Shown piece after piece: positions 10,869 through 23,408 of a stretch of 64,000 bases of DNA. Where the stretch lies: positions 4,588,001-4,652,000 of the forward strand of contig CATNEN010000039.1 of NCBI GenBank assembly GCA_950097015.1, written 5' to 3'. The notes under the pieces are model-generated. The model saw nothing but the letters and a program-made list of their open reading frames with translations, ran no database searches and was not told the origin of the DNA. Numbering within the stretch: the stretch's first letter is position 1; each line of letters begins with the position of its first letter. The DNA comes from Macrostomum hystrix. Its lineage: Eukaryota; Animalia; Platyhelminthes. The position numbers and the translations under genes were made by a program.

Positions 10869-13800
10869 TCACAACAGAACATAGTTGTCATCCTCTTCGT
10901 CGTCCTGCTTGTCTGAAAAAAATAGGTAAAATGAAAGGCAAAATTGTAATTCCATCAATAGATTGAAAATAATAAGTACCCCCTGGGCCAGATCTATAAT
11001 GGGTGAGAAGCACCAAGGTCCATGAGTTCGAATCCGCACTGAGGTCACATCCATGTGGGGCGCAGCCACGGAGAGAAGACTTGCAATTTAAATCAATGAG
11101 GGAGTGTACACTGCCTAGCGACGAGACAGACAAGTGCACCTACTCCGTCCCTGCTCCGTGTGCCCTGTGCGGCCACCTGATTGGCTGGGCGCGGGCATTG
11201 TCTGTTAGCCCTTACCCCAGCCCTGCGTGGCTTTGCCCCTCCCGCCAATCAGCTCCATGTAGCTTTGCCCATCCACCCTCCCTGCGCGCTGGTGGCTTGA
11301 CTTTGTGCACCGCCTCCCCTGCCCCCTTCCTCCAGGTAGCTGCCCTATTTTGGCTATGATCTGCCCATGCCGGGCGATCGCGTTGAACTTGAACTGCGTT
11401 CCGACCAATTCGCGTCTGTCCTTTCGGAGTATCGGGTCCGTACTGTACAGATCTTACTTAGTAGTACAGTAGCAGAGTCCTGACGCCTGCTTCAGTGATT
11501 ACTCGCACTCGTAGTTTACTTAATAGTACTGAAGGCCGACCACTGTCACTACACTTTAAAAAATCTATCTAAATATGCGTAACATGGGCATTCCTGATTG
11601 GCCAGACTGAGCACCCGGGCAAGCCAGAGCAACAACCGTAATCCCTTGTTACCAAGCAGATTTGGCAACAAATATGAGAAATTTGAGAAACAGAAATTTA
11701 ACTGCTGAAAAAAATAAACTAACATTTTAGCAAGCAACTCCTACAGGTGGTTGCACAGGTGGCATCTAGCCAGTTACCTATTAGTTTAAGCTCTGTACTT
11801 GGCTGCAATAGGCAAGTTTTGATGATGCACATTTTACGGACGGAAATGGCAGAAAGAATAGATCGCCTAAACACAATCATCAGAATCCGCCAAAAACAAC
11901 CAGAATCCACTCAAACCCAAATGAGACTCCGCCTAAATATAAAGATAATCCTCCAAAATCCAAACAGAATCCGCCCAAATCTAAACGGAATCCGCCCAAA
12001 TCCAAACGGAATCCGCCCAAGGTTAGTCTGGATCCGATTAGAATTACGAGCAGTTAAGATTCTTAAAAAGAAAAATGTGCATTTTAACTACTAAACTCCT
12101 CTGAAATAGATCCGAGTCTACTGAAATGCATCAATAATCTGTACAGTGTACAGTTCTATCGAATTTAAGAAAAATGCTGAATTCGTAGAAAAAAATATTA
12201 GAATCGAACGAAACAAAATCAAAACCCACTGAAAGGTTAAACAAGATCGACGAAAATGCCACCAGAATCCGCCCGAAAAGGAGATCATAATTAGGCACTA
12301 GGCAGCCCATTGCTCACCGAACTTCATCTGGCTAGCCAGGGTGTAGGGCTCAAACGCTGGCCAGTGGCTGGGCCGGGTCTGGTGCACCTCGAACAGAGGC
12401 AGGTCGAACTGCTGCACCATGCGGCGGACCAGGCTGGCGCAGAGATCGTCCAGGTGGGCCTCCGAGGCGCAGACGAAACCGAGAGCCAGGCTGGGGTCCA
12501 GACGGCCGAATGGCATGCGGCGAAGGCTCGGACAGTGGTAGCTGGCGTCCGGAGGCAGCGGCGACTGAGTAGGGAAGAGATCAGTCATTTGAGTACGGAA
12601 GAGATCAGTGATTTGAGTAGTCTTAAGATCGGTGATTTGAGTAGGGTTGAGATCAGTGATTTGAGTAGGGTTGAGATCAGTGATTTGAGTAGGGTTGAGA
12701 TCGGTGATTTGATTAGGGTTGAGATCATATTCATTTACACAGAAGTTAAAAGTCGTCACTGACCCCGTTAGTAGCGGAGGCGGTTGCGGCGGAAGACGTA
12801 GAGAAAGCGGCGGAACCAATGGGCGCGCAGTCCTGTGTGGTGTGCGGGTCCAGATAGTACAGCTCGGAACCCTGATAGCCAATGAAATAGTGCGCATGGT
12901 TGGGCTTGCCGCCGATGATTCCAAGACTGTGCGGCAGCTCCAGACAGCGCTTCAGAGCCGGCACGTACTGCTGGTTCAGGTCCGCCAGGCCTAGGCGCAG
13001 CGGCACAAACAGGAGGAGCGGCTTCGGCTCCGGCGAGCTGCGAAGCAGCGACTCTGGATGGGCGATGGGGAAGGCATGATGGCTGCGGCTACAATGTTTG
13101 TCCACCTGCAACTGTCCTGTACACCTGCACCTGTCCTGTCCACCTGCACCTGTCCTGTCCACCTGCACCTGTCCTGTCCACCTGCACCAGTCCTGTCCTG
13201 TCCTGTCCACCTGAACCTCTCCTGTCCACCTGAACCTATCTTGTCTACCTGAACCTATCTTGTCTACCTGAACCTGTCTTGTCCACCTGAACCTGTCTTG
13301 TCCACATGCACCTGTCCTGTACACCTGCACCTGTCCATAAACCTGCACCTGTCCATAAACCTGCACCTGTCCATAAACCTGCACCTGTCCATAAACCTGC
13401 ACCTGTCCATAAACCTGCACATGTCCATAAACCTGCACCTGTCCATAAACCTGCACCTGTCCATAAACCTGCACCTGTCCATAATTCATAAACCTGCACC
13501 TGTCCTGTTGATGAATATGAACAGCCGCCTTGGCAGCACTCACTGAGGTCGTCAATGATGACGGTGTTGTCCAGTGCCACGTGAACTAGCAGGTTGGCAA
13601 ACTGATCGAATACTGACAGCTTGCGGATGGCCTGGGCCACCGTGTTGGGCCCAAACCACTGACCCACCGGCTTGCCGTCTGAGATACCCATGGAGGCTGC
13701 GGGACATGATAGACAGAGGGCAATGACCAACTGAACAACTCAATGAAGGGCAATGACCAACTGAACAACTCAATGAAGGGCAATGACCAACTGAACAACT

Positions 13801-14725
13801 CAATGAAGGGCAATGACCAACTGAACAACTCAATGAAGGGCATGACCAACTGAACAACTCAATGAAGGGCAATGACCCTCAGCTCACCAATCTGATGAAT
13901 TGAGAACGGGGCAACCTTGGTATCGTCGAACAGTCGCAAAATGTCTCTATAAGTTGCATCGTTGGCAAAGCTGTCTCCGGTCCATCGCCAGGCGCGGCCC
14001 AGCTTCACGCGAACAATGGCCTCGGCTAGCATCATCTGGCCGCAGCGCAGCATGCAGCCCCAGCCTTTGTCAGTTTTGGGACCTTCGGAGCCGCCAATCG
14101 GAGCGAAATCGCGCCGATATGTGATCCACAGGCGCGACAGATGGTCCAGGCGGATGTCATCTCGATCTGTCGTTTAAAAATAGGAAAAATATGTTGACAT
14201 TTCTACTTATAGCAGGCAAAAACGACTACTACAAATTTATTCAGAAAAATGCGCTGCTACGCAAACATTACTACTCATTAACATGACTCATGAAAGTAGT
14301 ATGAATATACACGAACCATGCTTGGTGCTGTACGCGTGTCCCAACATGTACAAAGGCTCGTCAGACAGGGGCAGATCGTCGTATTCAACTCCAGCGCCGC
14401 TTTCATAGCTGTTACCGGTGGCATCCACCAGGCCTGCAGTGGTGGCGTTTTGTTGTTGTTTGCCAAATAGGTGCCCTGTTACAGACGACAAGGTCAATTA
14501 TATTAGAGAACAGTACAGAATAGCTAAACTTAATTCCAAAATCATAACCTTCATAAAAATTCCGAAATAAACTTTTGCTGGTACCAATTTTGCTCTCAAG
14601 ACAACAAACTCTCCAGGGCTGCGATTCGAACTCCTGACCTATCGGTTAGACTTACTAAGCTAAGAAATTCCTAATGAATATGCCATTCATATCGTATTGG
14701 ACTCACTATCCCAGTAGCTTTCCAT
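10869..14725 (-). CDS. ATG4B: Cysteine protease ATG4B-like (peptidase C54); exons 14725-14707, 14475-14317, 14166-13888, 13696-13544, 13116-12764, 12564-12318, 10912-10869 (exon 4/5 junction ambiguous)
   Basis: LWITYRRDF, TDKGWGCMLRCGQM (catalytic Cys), WFGPNT, PLRLG, GIIGGKPNHAHYFIG, YLDPH (Asp/His), LDPSLALGF and C-terminal LIR DDEEDDNYVLL; splice phases consistent. Confidence 0.93.
11005..11135 (+). mobile_element. Putative tRNA-derived SINE fragment
   Basis: B-box-like GAGTTCGAATCC then GAGGTCACAT..GGGGCGCAGCC, shared with the 16425 and 43020-43070 copies. Confidence 0.5.
12565..12727. repeat. 24-bp tandem repeat at the 3' end of ATG4B intron 5
   Basis: Minus-strand unit ATCACTGATCTCAACCCTACTCAA. 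Confidence 0.9.
13100..13506. repeat. 17-18-bp CAGGT-rich repeat in ATG4B intron 4
   Basis: Minus-strand units GGACAGGTGCAGGTTTAT / GGACAGGACAGGTGCAGGT. Confidence 0.9.
13716..13878. repeat. 30-bp tandem repeat in ATG4B intron 3
   Basis: GAAGGGCAATGACCAACTGAACAACTCAAT x5. Confidence 0.9.
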
Positions 14726-15053
14726 GGCAACGAAAGCAGTGACTAGCTAGCGAATCTCACTTCGGCCTGAGCAGTCTCAGCAGGCAGGTGAAACCGAGGT
14801 GCAACTGTAAGCACTGACTGCTCAGCTCATTCAGTTGAGACGAATAGAATCGCGCAGCCGTCGAAGACACGGACTGAAGCCAGGAATTCACAGAAGCAAA
14901 CGAATAGTTGTCAAGGCTGCAGTGGGTACAATTTTTTTTACATTTTTTTCATTTACGATAATTATTCTAGACAGCTACAAAATCCGGCTTAGTGCAGGTA
15001 GCCTAAAGGTAGCCATTAGGTAGCCTAAAGTCACGAGAAATATACTGTCTACA

Positions 15054-15930
15054 TTAGCTACTCAACAACTCTACTGCTCTGTCTGCCTTAGCTACTCAAC
15101 AACACTACTGCTCTGTCTGCCTTAGCTACTCAACAACTCTACTGCTCTGTCTGCCTTAACTACTCAACAACACTACTGCTCTGTCTGCCTTAGCTACTCA
15201 ACAACACTACTGCTCTGTCTGCCTTAACTACTCAACAACACTACTGCTCTGTCTGCCTTAGCTACTCAACAACACTACTGCTCTGTCTGCCTTAGCTACT
15301 CAACAACACTACTGCTCTGTCTGCCTTAACTACTCAACAACACTACTGCTCTGTCTGCCTTAGCTACTCAACAACACTACTGCTCTGTCTGCCTTAACTA
15401 CTCAACAACACTACTGCTCTGTCTGCCTTAGCTACTCAACAACACTACTGCTCTGTCTGCCTTAGCTACTCAACAACACTACTGCTCTGTCTGCCTTAAC
15501 TACTCAACAACACTACTGCTCTGTCTGCCTTAGCTACTCAACAACACTACTGCTCTGTCTGCCTTAGCTACTCAACAACACTACTGCTCTGTCTGCCTTA
15601 GCTACTCAACAACTCTACTGCTCTGTCTGCCTTAGCTACTCAACAACACTACTGCTCTGTCTGCCTTAACTACTCAACAACTCTACTGCTCTGTCTGCCT
15701 TAGCTACTCAACAACACTACTGCTCTGTCTGCCTTAGCTACTCAACAACTCTACTGCTCTGTCTGCCTTAGCTACTCAACAACACTACTGCTCTGTCTGC
15801 CTTAGCTACTCAACAACTCTACTGCTCTGTCTGCCTTAGCTACTCAACAACACTACTGCTCTGTCTGCCTTAGCTACTCAACAACACTACTGCTCTGTCT
15901 GCCTTAGCTACTCAACAACACTACTGCTCT
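15054..15930. repeat. 34-bp intergenic tandem repeat, ~26 copies
   Basis: TTAGCTACTCAACAACACTACTGCTCTGTCTGCC. Confidence 0.95.
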
Positions 15931-16424
15931 TATAGATCTACCATAAGTACTCAGTATATCTACTGCACTGTACATATTGCTACTCAATCGCTCTTGAAGT
16001 GATTGAGCTTGTCAATCAATATAAATAATGAACAAGTAGTCAGAAATGTAATAGCAGGAGTAATTCGGGAACAAAAAAGTAGATGTATAGGACAGTTTGC
16101 ACATTAGATTTTGGTAGCAATTTTCAATGCACTCGCAAGAAGACAAACACCGAAAGGACAAAACAGCACAAAAGCGCACAAAAATGAATGCGGGTCAAAG
16201 TTATGGCGACACTGGGCAGACAAAACTGACAAGCTTTGATTTAAAAAAAAAACAGAACGCAAAAGATCTGAGATAACAATAATGTTGGGAGTTTTAATCA
16301 GGACAATGTAGGCCTGGACAATGGATACTGAAATACCACGTGAAGGTGGACATACGGACTGGTTGAAATACATATTTGCCGCAACTGTTCAGTCAAAGGA
16401 CTGGGGTCCACACCCAACCTCAAT

Positions 16425-16525
16425 GACCGGTTCGGAGCGGTCTAACGCGTTCGCTTCTCGCAGCAAGGTCCCTGAGCTCCATTCCACGACGAGGCCACAT
16501 TAAATTGGGGCGCAGCCGCGGAGAT
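16425..16525 (+). mobile_element. Putative tRNA-derived SINE 5' head
   Basis: CAAGGTCCCTGAGCTC..GAGGCCACATT..TTGGGGCGCAGCCGC matches the reverse complement of 43015-43072. Confidence 0.55.
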
Positions 16526-17314
16526 CATTAAGATCTGAATCATTAAGTAGTTACATCGAATGCCATTTAAGATTTTTTAAATAAATCCTAAATTCATTCC
16601 TCGAATCAGACTCAGACGTCACTTAATCCCATAAATTGGCTTGAAATCCCAAAAATAACTGAAATCAGAGATCCTATTGACAAAATACTAAAATCGACAA
16701 CCGCAAAGTTAAACTAAAGAGTCTATTTTTAATAATTAACACTGATCAGTGCGAACACAGCAACACAGCTAAAACAGCTAAAACAAAAGGGAATGCCTTT
16801 AACGGCCGAAAACAAGACAATGAGTAAAGATTATCTTTTTTCTGTTAATATTAAACTCTGGTTACTACGGATTCGTTTTCATTATTACTTTAATTAATTT
16901 ATTTTAAACAAACAAAAAAAACAAATGATTAGCCAAAACGAAATGCCACCACAATAAGCAAAGTACCAATAATCGATTCTAAACCACAGCGAGCAATAGT
17001 TGATTAGTGATAAAAATTAACTGACAAAAAAGACAAGATGATCTCAGTGGCAAAAATGACATTCCGATTCTGAATTTCAAAATGACAATAGTCTACACAG
17101 ACAAAAAAACACTCACAGCGATGCTAAAAAATAAAAGGGACTTAACTATGCTGAACACTTACAATGCTGCTATCCTGTTTGAGTAGTGTAAGTAGCATTT
17201 TGCGTCAAAACAATCAGAGAGACGAAAAGGTAACGGTAAAATTATTCAGAAGTAAACAGAACATTGAAAACGAGGAAATTTAGGAATTCCGGCCGAGTCA
17301 GATCTGAAGTGATC

Positions 17315-20300
17315 TCAAGCGGATGTGCTCAATGAGTACAGGTACCTAGCCTGCTCGGCCAGGTAGTGCAGAGCTGCCGTTGTTTTCTGCAGACAAATGT
17401 CAACAGCTTCGCCAAGCCAGGCAACAACGTTTGGCATGTACAGCCGCATCTGGTGGGTCAGCAAGGTGTGGTTGCATTATGTGCGACAATGAGGGCTGAC
17501 CTAACAATAAATGTGACTTGCAGATATGAAAACTGAGAGAATGCAACACGATACAATATGCCTTGTGGAATAAGAATTTCATGTGAAAATGATAATCCGA
17601 CTTGAGAAATGATAATCCGACTTGAGAAATGAAGATCCGACTTGAGAAATGAAGATCCGACTTGAGAAATGTTATTTTTAACGCGAGAAATGATAATCTC
17701 AAAATCAAGAATGGAGTCCAGTGTATTCAGCGCTCACCTCAGCGTCGATGTACTGCCAGGCGGACTCGGCGGCGCTGCTGGCAGTCCTCCAGCCGGCCTG
17801 CAGCCTCGGTGTCGCGTGCTCGGACCAGGCGTCGGCAACCTGGCGACACTTGGGCAGCAGGGAGTCGTGATAGAAGTCGGCCAGGCGATCCCAAAGGCGC
17901 AGCACGTGCGGCGCCAGGTGCTGCTCGTAGTAGATGCGGCAGTCGCTGTGCAGTCGGCGAACATGGTACAGCACCAGGCGCTCCTCCAGGTAGTCCCACG
18001 CCGGATGCACTGCGGGGAGAGAGTTTAAGTATGGGGCTTTCAACAAATCACAGAATGTCTCTCCCACAGGATTTAATTACCGAAAGACGGCAGCCGGCCA
18101 CGCGGCACGAAGGCTAGAACGCTGAGGACGCTGGCAACAATCATGAAGATCAGCAGGGCGATGCTGGCCAGATTGAGTAGCCTCAGGAGGAGGCGTCCAA
18201 ACTGGCCGCAAACTCCACCGAAACCCCGACGCCGCCCGGAGCGGCCAGAAGCTGCCGCAGCTTCGGCGGCGTCGACTGCGGCGTCGGCAGCTCCAATAGC
18301 CGCCATCTTGTTGATATCCGGCGGGCAAGAAGCGCTGAAAGTCGACGACGACAGTCGAATAGACAGAGCTAGTCGGGCCGGCCTGCCGAAAACAGTTTCG
18401 CCAGCGTCAGTATTCAAAGCTAAGCGCAGAAGCCGCAGATCCGAAGTCGCCTCCGGCGAGAACGGCAGGCCGGCCAGCAGGTCAGGCGGCCCGGCCCGCA
18501 GGCAGTCGACAAGGCACTGCCACATAAGGTCGGCTGGGGCGGTGGTGGTGTCCCAGCGTCGAAGCGCCACAAGCAGCCGGGAGCAGGCGTCGGGCTGGGA
18601 GTCGCGCGAGGCGGCCAATCGCTGCCAGGCGGGCCGCAGGCGGGCCAGGCAGCGCAGCAAGCGGTCGCGGGTCTGGCCGGGCCCGGCGCCAGCGGCGGCT
18701 TCCAACAGGCCGGCAGCGTGTCGCAGCGTAAGCTTGACGGCGGAGGTGGCTGCGGCGGCCTGGTCGCGGGTTAGTTCGTCCAGGGTATCGAGGATGTCGG
18801 GAGCCGCCCACCTGGTGGCCAGGAGCTGCCCGTCATCAGCTGGCAGGGCGCAGTCAATCAGCACCTGGAGTCCGGTGGCTCGGTCTCTGCGTGGGTTTCG
18901 ATCGGATAACTGTGAGTTTCCCAAAATTTTCACATAGAAAAAAAAATGAGAATTGGCCGACGTAGATATCTACGGGAATCTTCCCGTATGGGAAGATACC
19001 TGTGATCTGTGAAGGAGGCCTAAACTGCTAAGGGAGTTCAGGGGAGAAATGAGGCCCGAGGAACTAGGGGATAATAGTTATAATAAAAAATAACTGCCAA
19101 CAGCACAGCCGCAGCTATTGCGCGGCGCAACTGTAGGCTGCGTACAGCTGTTCAGTCCATGGACTGGGGGGACGCCAGTCAGATTAGCGCCAGCCGGAAG
19201 CTAGTTATCCCAGCTAATGCTGGTACCCGTTTAACAGCTGGGTGAACTGAAGCAATGCAGAGTTAAGTGTCTTGCAAAAGGACGCAAATTGATCTAGTGG
19301 AGTTTCAATCGAACCTTCGACCTCAAAGTCGTGAGTCCGATGCTGTAACCACAAGGCTACAACCTCGTGCCCAAGGGAGAGAAATGAGACCCAGTGAGGG
19401 AGAAACGAGGCCTGATTTAATGAGGAAGCCGAGATGAGAAATGAGGCCTGAATTTGCCGATACGGAGGAAGAAATGGATTAGTACTGAGCATAGCTAATA
19501 ACTAACTTGAAGGCCGTCTGTCCCAGAGCCCACATTAGCGCGGCGAAGGCCGAGCGGGTGCCGCGTGCCGAGTCGAAGAGCTCGCGCATTTTCTGGCCGC
19601 ATGCGGCATGGCCGGGCAGCTGGGGCTTGAGCCGGACGGCCAGCTGCAGCACCGCCCGAGTTCCCAGAGCCCCCGCCGGCCGCTCTGACTGCTTGACAAG
19701 TCTCTGGCAGGCGTGCAAATAGAAGCGACGCTTCACATCGTCGGACACGGATTCCAGCAGACGGGTGAGAGCCTGCCGGCTGGCATTTGGCAGGTGATTG
19801 CTGGGAAAGTCTGCGGTAAGGTTTAGAGCAGTACATTGTTATTGTCTGATTTGCAGATAAACGGGATCTTTGCCTGTGGGGAAATCCGAAGATGTCAGAG
19901 AAATCCCAAGATGTCCGAGAAATCCCAAGATTTCAGGGAAATCCCAAGATTTCAGGGAAATCCCAAGATTTCAGGGAAATCCCAAGATTTCAAGGAAATC
20001 CCAAGATTTCAGGGAAATCCCAAGATTTCAGGGAAATCCCAAGATTTCAGGGAAATCTCAAGATTTTAGGAAAATCCGAAGATTTAAGGAAAATCTAAAG
20101 ACTTCAGGGAAATTCTGGATTCAACTAAGCCACAACTCACTTAGATCAGTGCGATTCCATTCCTCCTTCTTATCGTAGACCATATCCAAATCTATGATGG
20201 CACAGATATCGATTAGCCATGCAAGGGGCGAGTCAGGCACCGTGTCGCGCGACCGCTCCAGCGCCTGCTCCAGCCGGGCCGGCGTGATCTATTGAAAAGT

Positions 20301-21039
20301 GCGGACTCTTTGGTTAAGTTAAAGCCGTACAGAAAGAGAAGAGCTCGTAATAGATAGATTATATATTAGATAATAGTTAATAGATAATAATAAAACTACA
20401 ATAGATATAGTTCTGGAATACATATCTACCAGGTTAAATTGACGGCCTGCGAGAAACTAGACACTAGAAACGGACACTAGAACACGCACACAGATTCTGT
20501 GTACACTCTCACTGTGCCTTGAGGATTAGTACAGTCTGACCACGCTCCGCGACTCACTCCATGGATGTGAAAAGTATTTAGAAATCAACAGATTCTACTC
20601 ACAGCCTGCAGAGCTTCAATATTATTAGCTGGTTGGCGTTTGGCAGTAGCTGCAGCCGATGTGCCATTGCTTCCAGACTTTCCCGACTGCTGCTGCTGCT
20701 GCTTGGGCTTTGTGGGAGAATCTTGGCTCGGGTGGTTCTTGGAGACGACATTGCCACTAGTGCCACTGCTGCCATTGCCATTGGCTTCGGCATAGGCGGC
20801 GAGGTCAAGATTGTCGCCGCCAGCAGTCTGGTAAATTGACGACCTGGTGGCATGGTCTGCAGGCCATGGCAGGTTCAGGTGTTCATATATATTCGACCTG
20901 ATTGACAGAATATACACAAATGTTGAAACTCACCCAGATCTTCAACACGAAGCATGTTCTCGATAATCCTCTTTTTATCATTCTTAGTCAGCTTGTCTTT
21001 TTTCTTTCCATAAGAAACTCGTTCCCAGTTTTTATCCAT
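17315..21039 (-). CDS. TMEM214: Transmembrane protein 214 homologue; exons 21039-20934, 20856-20603, 20288-20141, 19810-19507, 18886-18081, 18009-17738, 17449-17315 (~674 aa)
   Basis: N-terminal WERV, IEALQA-ITPARLEQALERSRDTVPDSPLAWLIDI, MWALGQTAFKDRATGLQV and one hydrophobic segment near the C-terminus; exon lengths sum to 2025 nt; last exon less certain. Confidence 0.8.
17586..17671. repeat. 20-bp repeat x4 in the last TMEM214 intron
   Basis: GAAATGAWRATCCGACTTGA. Confidence 0.85.
19878..20118. repeat. 19-bp repeat in TMEM214 intron 3
   Basis: GGGAAATCCCAAGATTTCA. Confidence 0.9.
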
Positions 21040-22100
21040 TTTAGATGGCGAAAATGTCTGGAAATCATTTCAGAAAACTGAGTACAGTTTTATAGCTACT
21101 GCTTAGACCATAAGATATGTTAGATGTTAATATTTAATACATAAGAACCTAGCCAATATCTAATTAAGACTAAGATATAGCTAAATATATTACTTTTATA
21201 CATATATTTTATTAAACTTCTTTCTAATATATAACAAAACTATAGGTATGTATTTTAAGTGTCTAGTTGAAAAGATCAGACAAAAATAAATATTGTGGCC
21301 TGGTTAAAATTTTAGGTAGCATTAAAATTTTTCAATAACTGGCTATATTAAACAGATCTATTAAGATTTGAATTTGTTATACATTTTACAAAGTAGGATC
21401 TATATATAGAATTCATAATATCCTATTATTTAATGATCAGACTCCTAACTAAGAAGTTGTTTGTTTATGGTTTCCTCAAATTACAGTTAACTACAAAAGC
21501 TATCTAAAAAGTATTTTAGCTACTAACAAATATACAAATATCAGGGAGTTGTAATACTTGCAATCTTCTAATGTAAATTGCAAAAAAATATCATTTTTAT
21601 TGACAGTTGCTGATCCAATTTTCAAACTTTAATTTCAGGGGAAAATGGCATATAGTATAGGCATAGCAGACTTTAATATGATTTACATTTTTGGCTTGGT
21701 GCACCTTTAAGTTTGTGTGAGTCTGAGCAGTTTGAGTAAAATTGAAATAGGGCATAAATATTTACATCAAAGTACAGCATAAAACATGGACCTCGTTTTA
21801 ATTATATCTAGCCCCAGCCCTGAGCATAGGCCTAATATATTTTTTTTTATTTCAATGTAAGAATATTGTCCTCATTCACTCTTTTTGCAATGCAATTTGG
21901 TAGACAAATCACAATTGCATAATCGACTTAGCTATTGTGGAATATACCTAGCTATGGACCATTTTTAATTTATTGTGCAGTGTCATGAGTCATAAGTGAC
22001 CTAGTAAATGATAATGAATACACATAAAATTTTGTAAGAACTATACACCAACAAATGTTTATGTCAATATGCAGAAGTTGCTAGGGCCAATATATTATAG

Positions 22101-23063
22101 CACCCGACGGCAATAGGCTAGACTGGGAAAAAGATCAAAATATCTCCAGGCTTGCCTGGCAAAAGCTGCGCTTTCCCGCTTTCTTGGTATCATTGCCTGG
22201 GAAAAGCGCAGCTCTGATGAAATGCATAGGGATAGCTTGGCAATGCTAACTAAAGCCAAGCAAAAGGAAAAAATGCGTGATTTGTTTAAGTATAGTCTCG
22301 TGAGAGAAACTCGCGTTGTTTAAAAATACTTGGTTTTTTAAATTAAGCATTATTAGAAACAGGGGCGTGGCATTCTGGGCTTTTGGTAATTGATATATTT
22401 GAAAAGTACTTCAGATCGTTTTAATTTGACAGGCCTGTGTAGTAAGCTACATTGAAATAACTTATGTCTGGACTAATAGTAATGCTAATACTATATTACT
22501 AATATTACAGGGTATGCTTATTTTCATGCATGGTATAAGCATCCAAATTCATGGATTGGATTGATATAATGATATTATATTTCATATCCATAGCCATATG
22601 TCCAATTATATAGATGATTTGTATATTTGAATTGGGCCTTGACTTGATGATGTCTGCAGTATCCTGGCCATCATCCTATGTGGCTAAGATGTCATATTAA
22701 AAGTGGTACATCATACATGTAATTATTATTATAAATGATAAAGAAATTAATCTATTCTAGACTGGTTTTCTTTGCTTTGTTGCCCGCCTATATCATAGTC
22801 AAATGAGTTATGTTTTGCTTTTGGCAAATGCTTAAAAAACAGGCCCAAACAATAAATTGTATTTGCCTTTCTACTGCTATATATCCTCTGATTTGTCCCA
22901 TAATCTATTTGTTATTTTGCTCTATTTTCTCTTCTATAATCTATATTATTGGTTATTTTAGCTAGGGAGATGCTGGGTCATTCTGAAATTAGACCCAAGA
23001 TGGCTCAGTGCCATCCACATTTTCTGTTTTGGCATTTTTTGTATCCTGAAATTCAACCCTGGA
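22101..23063 (+). repeat. Left terminal inverted repeat (963 bp)
   Basis: Matches the reverse complement of 39302-40264, same length; no differences seen in the stretches compared by eye. Confidence 0.95.
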
Positions 23064-23408
23064 ACCTTACTTTCTGCCCCTCCCTACTTTCTGCCTCTCC
23101 CTAATTTCCCCTCCCTTTTTACCCTTGTCCGCTTTCTGCCCCTCCCTACTTTCTGTCCCTACTCACTACGCTCACCAACTTATGCCCTCTGCCTGCCAAT
23201 CACCTGATTTAGCTGCCTTGCTGCTGTCACCCGCCACACCCCCACGCCTCCCTGATTCACTTCACTCTAGCTGCATTCACTTCCCTGCTTTTACTCTCTG
23301 CATTCACCCTTCCACTTTTACTGAACTGCTCTCTGTTTGATCTGAGGTGTTGAGAAAACAAAGTGATGTAGTAAACTTAGCATGTAAGGAAACAATTTCG
23401 ACTTTCAG

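Noticed and set aside
11141-11431. GC-rich block bounded by TACTCCG/CGGAGTA, with inverted CCAAT boxes, in ATG4B intron 6
   Set aside because: Only 7 bp of terminal symmetry and a single copy; cannot support a MITE or promoter call
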